44,570 bases of DNA, taken from the IMG/VR virus record IMGVR_UViG_3300044961_000356. The stretch is one strand, 5' to 3'. The notes beneath the pieces are model-generated. The model was not told the DNA's origin, did no database searches, and saw only the letters and a program-made list of their open reading frames with translations. Both the position numbers and the translations under genes were made by a program. Of the stretch, positions 14,324 through 23,400 are shown in pieces. This stretch comes from a virus. Position 1 is the first letter of the stretch. Every line of letters begins with the position of its first letter.

Positions 14324-15269
14324 CCAAGACATTGAAGAAGGCCAATTGTTTACTGGAGCAATCGGCTGGCATCTTGACCAAATGCTTAGTGCTGCCGGCA
14401 TTAATCGTCGTGAGTGCCTAGTTACCAGTGTATTCAATCAACGCTTAATTCGCGGAGACGTTAAGAATTTTTGTGGCCCGAAAGGAGAAGCGGCAGAAGG
14501 TTTACCTCCAATATCACGAGGAAAATATCTTCGGCGAGAATATGCCGGAGAAATATCTCGACTACGAGATGAAATTAATTCTGCCGCTCCGAACCTTATT
14601 CTCGCTCTAGGCTCCACTGCTTTATGGGCTTTCAGCGGTGAAATTGGGATACGACAATACCGAGGCGTCACTCGCCTCAGCACCTGCGGAAAAAAACTTC
14701 TTCCAACCTATCACCCAGCCGCAGTTCTGCGTGAGTGGTCGCTTCGTCCAATCGTCATCGCAGATTTTCATAAAGCCGCGGCGCAAGCTGAGTCTCCAGA
14801 CTACAACCCACCTCGGCGACGAATTCATATAGAGCCGACTATTCGCGATTTGCTTTTATTCGAGGAGAAATATTTTGCCAGTGCCGTCAAACTTGCCTGT
14901 GATATTGAAACGAAACAAGAGCAAATTACTTGCATCGGTTTCGCGCCTAACGCTGAAAACGCAATTGTCATTCCATTCTTTCACCATTCCGGCAAGAATT
15001 ACTGGTCGTCAAAGGAAGAAGAGCTCGAAGCCTGGAAGATAATTCGTCGATGGCTCGCCACTTACCCGACTGTGTTCCAAAATGGCATATACGATATGAG
15101 TTTTCTATGGCGAGTTTATGGTATTCCAGCTCCACGTGCGTGTGATGATACAATGCTTTTACATCATGCGCTTCAGCCTGAGCTGAACAAAGGCCTAGGT
15201 TTTCTAGCATCTCTTTACACTGATGAACCCTCATGGAAACAAATGGGCAAAGGACAAAAGCATGATTGA
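14289..15269 (+). CDS. DNA polymerase fragment 1: UDG-family-4-like domain plus the N-terminal part of the 3'-5' exonuclease domain (ExoI, ExoII)
   Basis: VGEAPSDQDIEEGQLFTGAIG and TYHPAAVLR (UDG family 4 motifs A/B). ACDIET (ExoI) and FQNGIYDMSFL (ExoII). GAGGA lies before ATG 14289. Confidence 0.8.
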   Translation: MKIAIVGEAPSDQDIEEGQLFTGAIGWHLDQMLSAAGINRRECLVTSVFNQRLIRGDVKNFCGPKGEAAEGLPPISRGKYLRREYAGEISRLRDEINSAAPNLILALGSTALWAFSGEIGIRQYRGVTRLSTCGKKLLPTYHPAAVLREWSLRPIVIADFHKAAAQAESPDYNPPRRRIHIEPTIRDLLLFEEKYFASAVKLACDIETKQEQITCIGFAPNAENAIVIPFFHHSGKNYWSSKEEELEAWKIIRRWLATYPTVFQNGIYDMSFLWRVYGIPAPRACDDTMLLHHALQPELNKGLGFLASLYTDEPSWKQMGKGQKHD

Positions 15270-15618
15270 TCTTTTTGACAAAGAGCGTAAGTCAGGCCGT
15301 TGGACTGGCTATGACTTTATTGCGCAAGAGGCAAAGCAATTTAAACGTTTACAGCATTTGTCAGATCATGACGTAGCTTTTCGAATGGCTGTTGACCTAA
15401 ATACAGTTCGTAAAATGCGAGCGGCACGAAACCAAATTAATCGTCCGCTTTACAATACAGGGATTGACTACGGGGTGCGGGTTCTGCTCGGCAAACATAA
15501 TATCACAACAACAGGTGAATTGTTCGCCCTATCCGACGATGACATCCTCGCTATTCCCAAGATCGGCAAAGCTCGGCTTGAGCATATTCGTGAAAAGTTG
15601 CGGGAGTTTTTCTCATGA
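15262..15618 (+). CDS. Helix-hairpin-helix protein (RpoA alpha-CTD-like C-terminus), inserted between the polymerase fragments
   Basis: TTGELFALSDDDILAIPKIGKARLEHIREKL. ATG 15262 overlaps the end of fragment 1. Confidence 0.6.
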   Translation: MIDLFDKERKSGRWTGYDFIAQEAKQFKRLQHLSDHDVAFRMAVDLNTVRKMRAARNQINRPLYNTGIDYGVRVLLGKHNITTTGELFALSDDDILAIPKIGKARLEHIREKLREFFS

Positions 15619-15953
15619 TCTATCTTGCCAGCCCTTATACCTCAGACAGTCCTACTACTATGGAGCGCCGATTTCGCCAAGCTGCGGCAGCAACAGCTGC
15701 ACTTATCAATCGAGGCAAGATAATTTACTCCCCTATCTTGCATTTTCATCCGCTCGCAGAACTTTACGACTTGCCAAAAAACTTTGATTTTTGGCGGGAA
15801 GTAAACCTTAATATGCTTTCTCTCGCATCTGAACTTTGGGTGTTAACAATTGAGGGCTGGCGTGAGTCTCACGGTGTGCAAGCAGAAATTGCTTTTGCTC
15901 ATGAACGCAGTATTCCTGTTAACTACATAAGCAGTGAAATCTGGAAAATCTAA
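15615..15953 (+). CDS. DUF1937-like protein (nucleoside 2-deoxyribosyltransferase-like fold family)
   Basis: MIYLASPYTS...IYSPILHFHP...ELWVLTIEGWRESHGVQAEIAFA matches my recollection of the DUF1937 signature. ATGA and TAATG overlaps on both sides. Confidence 0.65.
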   Translation: MIYLASPYTSDSPTTMERRFRQAAAATAALINRGKIIYSPILHFHPLAELYDLPKNFDFWREVNLNMLSLASELWVLTIEGWRESHGVQAEIAFAHERSIPVNYISSEIWKI

Positions 15954-17557
15954 TGCGAGTTATCGACACAATCGAAAGCGATCTTTCAGTCCTTAACGAG
16001 GACGAAAACTATTGGGTTTATAATGGACTTGACAACTGCCTTACGCATGAAATTGACAGCGTGTTGCAAGGGCAGCTTGATGATGTAAGTCGTAATATAT
16101 ACAATCTGTCTCTTGCTTTGCAGGCTCCGGTCCTTGAAATGAACCTGCGCGGTTTACTCGTTAACCAGCGTCGTAAGTATGCTATCGTCAAAGAGTTTGA
16201 AGCGCAGGTCGCTCGTATAGAAGAGCAATTTTATCGCATTGTGCATGAAGGAGTGGGCATGACTCACTTCGACAATTGGCGTTCGCCTACACAAACTAAA
16301 GAGTTGTTTTATGATGTGCTCGATCTTCCTGTGCAAAAGAAGCGAAACGCTAACGGAATATTTATGCCGACTACAGACGAGCAGGCGTTGGAGCGTCTGT
16401 CTATGTATTTCCTCGGCGAGCCTCTAGCAAATCATTTACTCGCATTGCGGGGACTCGGCAAAATGCTTGGTTTTCTTCGAACCAAGATTGACAATGACGG
16501 AAGAATGCGCACGCAGTTTAATATTGCGGGCACCAACACCGGTCGTTTTGCCTCGAGCGAAACAGATTTTGGCACAGGCACAAACTTACAAAATGTAACA
16601 TCTTCTTTGCGGAGCGTATTTATTGCAGACCCTGGCCGCATTCTTTGTAATATTGACTTAGAACAAGCCGACAGCCGAAACATGGGCGCACTGGCTTGGG
16701 AAAAACTTTACGATGCTGATGCGAGTCGTATTACTGATTTACTTGCTCGTCGAGCAAAAAACATTCCACACTGGAACCCTTCGCTTCCTTGGCGCGGTCC
16801 AGTTGGGCCTGAGTTTGCAGGCGCTTATTTAGACGCCTGCGAGTCAGGTGACCTCCACACTACTGTAACTAAGATGGCACAGCCAGATTTGCCCTGGGGT
16901 AGAGGCCAAACTGATCGTGAAGTAGCCGATAAGTTAGCCTTTAAAAATAAATCTCACCGAGATTTATCAAAGGGTATTGGTCACGGCAGCAATTACATGG
17001 GAACCCCACCCACTATTGCTAAACAATCTCGTTTACCAACCGCGCTGGTTAAAGAGTTTCAAGTCAAGTATTTCAACGCATTTCCTTGCATCCCTGCAGT
17101 TCAGCAAATTATCATTGACGAATTGAAGCAGTCAAGTTGCTTAACCACTCCACTTGGTCGCCGTCGATTTTTCTTTGATCGACCTGAAGCTGGCGCTACC
17201 CAACGAGAAGGTGTTGCGTATATGGGGCAGTCTATGACAGCCGATGAATTAAACTACGGCTTGCTTCGTCTCTGGCGCACAGGACTTGTTGAACTTCTTG
17301 TTCAGGTTCATGACAGTATCCTCTTCCAGTTTGACGAACGTCGGATTAATGAAATTTTGCCTGTTGCGTTAGAGGCTTTATCGACCAAAATGACGTTGCG
17401 CGGAGGTCGGATTTTCACTGTCGGCACAGAAGCAATGCTTGGCTGGAATTGGGGATATTATTCGGAGGACAATCCTGACGGACTTCGCAAATGGAAAGGA
17501 GTTGAAACACGTAAGCGCCAAGAAAAATCTTTCAAACTCAGCGTTCAGGATTTGTGA
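15953..17557 (+). CDS. DNA polymerase fragment 2: ExoIII-like motif plus the family-A polymerase domain
   Basis: YNGLDNCL (YxxxD), TGRFASSE...NLQNV, motif A IDLEQADSR, motif B RDLSKGIGHGSNYMG, motif C VQVHDSILF. Confidence 0.9.
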   Translation: MRVIDTIESDLSVLNEDENYWVYNGLDNCLTHEIDSVLQGQLDDVSRNIYNLSLALQAPVLEMNLRGLLVNQRRKYAIVKEFEAQVARIEEQFYRIVHEGVGMTHFDNWRSPTQTKELFYDVLDLPVQKKRNANGIFMPTTDEQALERLSMYFLGEPLANHLLALRGLGKMLGFLRTKIDNDGRMRTQFNIAGTNTGRFASSETDFGTGTNLQNVTSSLRSVFIADPGRILCNIDLEQADSRNMGALAWEKLYDADASRITDLLARRAKNIPHWNPSLPWRGPVGPEFAGAYLDACESGDLHTTVTKMAQPDLPWGRGQTDREVADKLAFKNKSHRDLSKGIGHGSNYMGTPPTIAKQSRLPTALVKEFQVKYFNAFPCIPAVQQIIIDELKQSSCLTTPLGRRRFFFDRPEAGATQREGVAYMGQSMTADELNYGLLRLWRTGLVELLVQVHDSILFQFDERRINEILPVALEALSTKMTLRGGRIFTVGTEAMLGWNWGYYSEDNPDGLRKWKGVETRKRQEKSFKLSVQDL

Positions 17558-18765
17558 TGAAAAGAGCGCTTAAATCTTTTGTTGATGGGTTTGTAGAGTA
17601 TACGGAAGGTCGAGGTTCTCCTCGGCTTTACCGTAAGTGGACAGCAATATTTCTAGTTGCTGCTGCACTTGAACGTAAATGCTGGGTCACTACGACCAAA
17701 GGCCAGTTATTCCCCAACAAATACATCATTTTGACCGGCCCGGCTGGTGTAGGCAAATCCCTTTGCACTCGGCTTGCTCATGACTTGCTTGAAAGTTTGC
17801 GAAGTCCTGAAACACCGTTTCACCTAGCACCAACAAGTGTTACTAAAGCGTCACTTATTGATCGGCTCGCCGAAGCTGAACGCCGCATCATGCGCCCAAT
17901 GGAAGACCCCGCGCTGGTTAAGTTTAATTCCCTCCACATTGTAGCTAATGAATTCGGTGTTTTCCTTCCATCTTGGGAAGCAGAGTTTATGAATACCCTC
18001 ACCGATCTTTGGGATTGCGGACGCTATGCAGAAAGTCGTAGAACAGGTAACACTAATCTCGAAATTCCGTGCACACAGCTAAACCTTTTAAGCGCAACAA
18101 CACCAAGCCAGCTCATAAATTTGCTGCCTGAAGGCGCATGGGAGCAAGGTTTCATGTCAAGAGTTCTTCTTGTCTATTCTGGCGAGACAGATTTTACTGA
18201 TTTATTTGCTACGCTGGACAGTGATGGTAAGTTGTGGGATGCTCTTGTCCGTGACCTTAAATCAGTGTATAAAATGTATGGCGAGTTTTCTGTAGATATT
18301 GAAACGCAGGAAGCATTAAATGAATGGGGCCGAGCTGGCGGCCCACCAATTCCAGATCATCCTCGCTTAATAACATATCGACAGCGACGGATCGCGCATT
18401 TGCTAAAACTGTGCATTATAAGCGCAGCCGCTTGTGATGACGAGCGTATTATTACACTGGAAAATTTTGCAGAAGCACTTGACTGGCTTGTAGAGTTAGA
18501 AAGTGCTATGCCAGATATTTTCAAATCACTGAAGATTGGCGGCAGCGCAAGAGCAATTGAGGAATGCTACGACTTTGTATACCAGCGTTTTCACAAGCTG
18601 GGTAAAAAGCCAGTGCCAGAACATCTTATTGTCGCATTTCTGCAAGAGCGCGTGCCGATCCATGATGTAGATAAAATTCTCGACACCATGGAACGTGCAC
18701 ATTTGCTTGAAAAACAATTTGCAGGTGCAGGTAAAGGCTACGTGCCTATGGTTAAGCAAGAATAA
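17557..18765 (+). CDS. P-loop NTPase, putative SF3-type replicative helicase (DUF3987-like)
   Basis: Walker A GPAGVGKS and Walker B-like LHIVANEFG. It is the last gene of the replication arm and is coupled to the polymerase stop (TGATG). Confidence 0.65.
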   Translation: MKRALKSFVDGFVEYTEGRGSPRLYRKWTAIFLVAAALERKCWVTTTKGQLFPNKYIILTGPAGVGKSLCTRLAHDLLESLRSPETPFHLAPTSVTKASLIDRLAEAERRIMRPMEDPALVKFNSLHIVANEFGVFLPSWEAEFMNTLTDLWDCGRYAESRRTGNTNLEIPCTQLNLLSATTPSQLINLLPEGAWEQGFMSRVLLVYSGETDFTDLFATLDSDGKLWDALVRDLKSVYKMYGEFSVDIETQEALNEWGRAGGPPIPDHPRLITYRQRRIAHLLKLCIISAAACDDERIITLENFAEALDWLVELESAMPDIFKSLKIGGSARAIEECYDFVYQRFHKLGKKPVPEHLIVAFLQERVPIHDVDKILDTMERAHLLEKQFAGAGKGYVPMVKQE

Positions 18766-18767
18766 GT

Positions 18768-19067
18768 TTACTTTGGCTCACACCAGTTTTTGGAGTATCG
18801 AGCACCTTTTCGAACAGCATCTTGGCAAATCAACTTTACTCGACTCCAACCTTCCTCACCCCAGGCTTCAAGCAAGCTTTCATAAAGATTAGCAGCTTGT
18901 TCGCTTGTCAACGTATCAACACTCGGCACAGGTTTTTTAATCGGGCGCACCAGTTCGGCAGGCGGGAAACCCATCAAGATTGGCTCCGGCTGCCCGCAAG
19001 CGCTCACAGTTAAGAGCAATCCGAGAACGGGAAGGCGAAACATCGGGGACTGAAACAATAACTTCAT
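18768..19067 (-). CDS. o-spanin (outer-membrane lipoprotein), overlapping the i-spanin gene
   Basis: MKLLFQSPMFRLPVLGLLLTVSAC with lipobox VSAC, and a Pro-rich mature part. AAGGA SD. The start lies inside the 3' part of the i-spanin gene in another frame. Confidence 0.7.
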   Translation of the reverse strand: MKLLFQSPMFRLPVLGLLLTVSACGQPEPILMGFPPAELVRPIKKPVPSVDTLTSEQAANLYESLLEAWGEEGWSRVKLICQDAVRKGARYSKNWCEPK

Positions 19068-19305
19068 CGCGGCTTTCCTTTCGTTCAGCAATTTTTGCCT
19101 GTGAAATTTCCTTATCTGCAATTGCAATAGCATTGCTTTCTTCGGTGACAATGCGAGCTGCTTCAATCAAACGTGATTGCTTGGCTTCACAGCTATCGTA
19201 ACCATGATTGCGCCCTACAAAGTAAATCGTGCTGGAATAAATAACAACGACTGCCAGCACAATTTTCCAGTTCGTCACAACAGCTTTTATATCAGGCAAT
19301 TTCAT
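18937..19305 (-). CDS. i-spanin (N-terminal TM helix plus a coiled-coil periplasmic domain)
   Basis: TM helix WKIVLAVVVIYSSTIYFV, then a charged helical region. ATGA overlap with the upstream gene. Confidence 0.7.
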   Translation of the reverse strand: MKLPDIKAVVTNWKIVLAVVVIYSSTIYFVGRNHGYDSCEAKQSRLIEAARIVTEESNAIAIADKEISQAKIAERKESRDEVIVSVPDVSPSRSRIALNCERLRAAGANLDGFPACRTGAPD

Positions 19306-19520
19306 TTTTCATCCTCCAGTGTTTGCGGCGCTGTCCGGCTGCCAAGCGCCACATTTTCGATCTTGCTCATAATCTCGCGCACCGAAAGCCAACCCGCCAG
19401 CGTCCAGCCTACGGCCTCGCGCAGCGTCATAGCCTCGTGGTAAGCCATGAAGCCCATCAACCCGAGGATCGCTGCACCAAGCACGCCAAGGATGCGGACG
19501 GCTTCGCGGCGGAGCGTCAC
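19302..19520 (-). CDS. Holin-like small membrane protein (72 aa, GTG start)
   Basis: Hydrophobic segment AVRILGVLGAAILGLMGFMAY plus a second weaker one. It sits between the endolysin and the spanins with GTGA/ATGA overlaps. Confidence 0.6.
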   Translation of the reverse strand: MTLRREAVRILGVLGAAILGLMGFMAYHEAMTLREAVGWTLAGWLSVREIMSKIENVALGSRTAPQTLEDEK

Positions 19521-20158
19521 GATTGTCCTCTATACATACGCGCCTCGGCCTCCCGGCGGCGGATCAGTCCCCGCATCACCTTGCCCCCGGCACGGTTCCA
19601 GCGGACAAACTCAAGTGCCGCTCCTTCATAGTCACCTGCGCGGTGCTTACGAACAAGCGTTGACTTTCGGAACGCTGCGCACCCGATATTGTAGGCCAGC
19701 GAAACCATCGCATCAAACTGGTTTTGTGTCACGGGCGCATCGCCCAGCGCGTCCCGGACTTCCTGCTCAAATTGAACAAGGTGCTTCCGAAACCGCGCAT
19801 CGGCGCGCTCGCGCGTCCATACTGTGCCCGGCTCAATCGGCCTTCCCTGTTCATCTGTGGTGCTGCCCCATCCGATAGTCCACGGCTTGCCACCTGTGCC
19901 GGGGTCAGGATAGGCCTTAAGCCGCAAGCCTTCAAAGCTGTGAATTAAATCGATCCCCGCTTGACTAGTTCGCATGACGGGATGCGTCACTGGGGGCAGA
20001 TCGTTCAACGCAGGCGCCAGCTCGTTCAATGCCTCGTTAGCAGCCTTGATGGTTGGCGCTGTCTTGACCGGCTCGGGCACGGGAAAGTCCCGCTTTGCCA
20101 CGCTGGCATTGCTGACAATTTCCTTAAAGCGGCGAACGAATTTGGACAAAAATTTCAT
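19517..20158 (-). CDS. Endolysin, GH24 (T4/lambda-type) lysozyme with a ~65-aa N-terminal extension
   Basis: IDLIHSFEGLRLKAYPDPGTGGKPWTIGWGST...QFDAMVSLAYNIG...GLIRRREAEARMY. Confidence 0.85.
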   Translation of the reverse strand: MKFLSKFVRRFKEIVSNASVAKRDFPVPEPVKTAPTIKAANEALNELAPALNDLPPVTHPVMRTSQAGIDLIHSFEGLRLKAYPDPGTGGKPWTIGWGSTTDEQGRPIEPGTVWTRERADARFRKHLVQFEQEVRDALGDAPVTQNQFDAMVSLAYNIGCAAFRKSTLVRKHRAGDYEGAALEFVRWNRAGGKVMRGLIRRREAEARMYRGQS

Positions 20159-20439
20159 TTAAAAATCTCCTGCAATGCTTTAATAATAGCAGAAATAGAC
20201 GCGCCAATCGCGCCGCCAGCAAGCCCAACGCCAATCAGAATACCACTTCCTTTATCTTTAAGAGTGGCAAGTTCAGCTTTGTCTTTTTCAAGATCAGTTT
20301 TGATGTCCTTGATGTCTTTGGCCATCGCGTCAATCTTCTCCCGCATTGACTCTCTATCTTCTTGGCGCTGTAAAAGAGCCTGTCCCAGCAGGGTTTCAAT
20401 GCGCGTAAGGCGCTCGGCTTGAGTTAATGGTCTAGTCAT
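20155..20439 (-). CDS. Coiled-coil protein with a C-terminal TM helix (possible holin/antiholin partner)
   Basis: C-terminal GILIGVGLAGGAIGASISAIIKAL. ATGA overlap with the endolysin. GAGG SD. Confidence 0.55.
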   Translation of the reverse strand: MTRPLTQAERLTRIETLLGQALLQRQEDRESMREKIDAMAKDIKDIKTDLEKDKAELATLKDKGSGILIGVGLAGGAIGASISAIIKALQEIFK

Positions 20440-20471
20440 CGTCGCGCCTCAAAATTCTCGCATTGCGCTGC

Positions 20472-23400
20472 CTACGGCTGAACGTCCATCAGGATCAGTT
20501 CATCCAGATTGGTTATGAACATGAACACGCGGTTCACCCCTGTCAGGCTGCGCCGAAGAACAAGTGCTCCGTTGCCATTGAGGCCTACCCATCTGTGCTC
20601 GTTTCCGCTGTAGCGTGGCTTCCATGAAGTCCCTTTGATCTTGGCTGTCTCAAGCAACGTCTCCGGCACGAACCGCTCAAACCTGCGAACCGCAATGGTG
20701 TCGCCTACCAGAACCGTCGCCGGGTTCACCGTGACAATGAAGTCCGGGTCGCGCTGCCACTGCATCAGCCAATCGACCAGCGGCTTGAACCGCAAGCCGG
20801 TCTGGATGCTTTCGCGCCACAGCTTGTTCCCGGGGATGCCGGTCAGAGCCTCAAAGTAGGGCGTGAACGGCCCTTCGAGTTCCTTGAGCGGGTCGATCAG
20901 GCTTTGATCGAAATGCCCAGTCGTGGGGTCGAGATACTCCTCTTTGATGCAGTGCGTCGCGCTGGGAACGCCGGGGTAGTTGGTAACGACCCCTGCCGTA
21001 ATGCCATTCGCTCCGATGTTGTTGTGCGCCCCGGTCAGGGTCCCGCCGCCGATTATCTCGATCTTGTTCGAGATATTCTCTTCACCTGCCCGCGTAGGGA
21101 GCCAGACGTTATTCAGGGTCAGGCTCATCTGCGGAACGTCTACGGAGACCAGCCCCATGACCTGATCGGACTTGTTCGCCAGCAGCCGCTTGAAGTGGTG
21201 AGGGATGGCGGCATAGTTCGTCACGCTGAACATCGTCGGCGCACCAGGGTTGGTGCTGCTCTTGGCCAGCAACTGGTTGCGGAAGCTGCTCATGTGAACG
21301 TGGTTCTCGACTGTCACATTGCCGAAAACTCCGGTGTTCATCTGGAGAAAGACCGGCTGGGTCGGCGAGACGCTGATCCACGACCCGATATAGGTGTTTG
21401 GCAGGTTCACATCCGCAAGGTTTGTTTGAATGCCGTCATGGTGCGTGGCGATGTTGTAAATCGCTGGGCCGCTTCCGTTCGACCAGACGTTGTTCGTCCA
21501 AGTGCCGTAGCGGCAGTAGAGGCGCACCCAAGGTGTCGTAGGGGAGGGCGCAAACTTTTGGGCGATGACAAAAACATCGCCGTCATCCGGAGCGGCTTCG
21601 AGAGTGCCATTCCCAATCAGCATACCATTATAGGCGAACTGGAAATTGGGCCTGTTCTGATTGGCGTTCCCGAAAAACTGCGAGTAGTGGGCGACCATGA
21701 TCCGGCGACCCCGGATAGCCGCTGCCTCGTTCAGCGTGTTGGTGGTGTAATCGTAGACCCCAGCGTGATAAGCCCACAGGCCGCGAGGAAGATCGGCCGC
21801 CGCACTAAGGCCCGCCGCAGTGACGTTCTGCCAGATCGGGCGATTATTGCTGTCCACACTCACCGCGACTTCGATCTCCTTGGTGCTCTGCATCAGGTCC
21901 AGCCTCATGCCGGTTGAGCGCCCAAGGAATACGTTGTTCGTTGAGTAGGTGATCGTTCCGCCGTGCAGGTAAGTGGCATCATTCCATACGCGGTCGAGAT
22001 AGAAGTTTTCTTGGCTCCAGGTGAATGTCCTGCCGGACGGGCCGTTCGGGCTGAGGCCGCGAGGGACCATCTGGCAGGACGAATTATCGACGTTCACGCT
22101 GGAGCCGTTTGGCGCCTCATTCATGTTGATCGTCAGGTAGCCCTGAAAGATCGAGAGCGTCAGGTCGTCCATGTCATCCTGAACCGTGACATTGCGCCGG
22201 TTCCGGGTATGCGTCGGGATCGTGCCAAGCTGGATCGAATGATTGAAGTTGAAGTTCCCTGCCGGGCGCAGCGTATGGGTGTTGCTTGTCCCAAGCTGCG
22301 TCTGCGAAACAAGTTCGCCCTCGTTGCTGCTCAAGGGAAAGATGCAGATGTAATCCATCTTGGTCAGGCCGGTCAGGTTGGTCTGACCAGTCTGCGCTCC
22401 TACAGCATTGAGCAAGCGGCTGATCCAGCCATAAAGCCGAACGTCGTTCTTGAATGCGGAAGTGAGCGTGAAATTGTGCAGGTTCGGGCGAAACCAGCCG
22501 CCAGACGTTGAAGGCAGGCACTCCTGCGTGAAGCGCCCCGGCCCCAAATTCAGCGTATAGTCGTCCACCCGGTTCGAGTTGGCGGCCGTCTGCGGCCCGA
22601 AGTCGTAGCGGTCAGTGCTATTCGGAAGGATGCCATAGGTATCCGTCGTCTCATTGGACGCCACAATCTCGATGCAAGGCACTAGCGGAAACCAGTCGCC
22701 CCCGCTCATGTAGCGGCTGTTGAGCAGCGCCAGCTTGCCATCTGTGATTGCCGTCCGACAGCGAGCGACACCGTGAAACAGCGCACCGATCTTTCCGTCA
22801 ATGTCGGTGTTGATCGTCTCGGCAACAAAGTCCTTGTAGTAAGGCGCGCTCCCGGTTGTCGGGGTGATAAGCTGCGGAGTGCCCGAAGGCGGTGCTTCCA
22901 GATTGTTGCCCGCCGTCCAGTCGTGGATCATCATTTGGACGCCGACTGGGACATTGGCGAGGTTCACGAGAGGAAAGAAGTTTGTCGAGGCTGCAATGCC
23001 GTCGAACTGCGCCCACACCAGCCAAACATCGTTCCCCGCGCTGTCCTGATAGGGCATTTTGGAGACGCCGGTAACGTATTGGCGAGTGGCGTTGATGGCC
23101 GAGGAAATGGTAATCTCACCAGCCGCGTCCACGGCAAAAGACACGCTGCTGGAAGCCCAACCAATTGAGAAGCTCCACGTTGACCCTTTGACAGGCAAGG
23201 AGATAAGCATACTGGTGCGGCACCGATTGCCGAGCGCCGGATTGGCAAAGCCGATGTTATCGGCCCTGATAACGGTGTTAGTCGGGGTGTTCTGGAGGCT
23301 AGTCAGCAGCACGCCCTTCCCGGTGCCGCCGTGAATGTCGGGGCCGCTGTGCTCGCCAGCGTAAGCGCGAGAAATCCAGGACGGTCCATTGTTGAACAGA

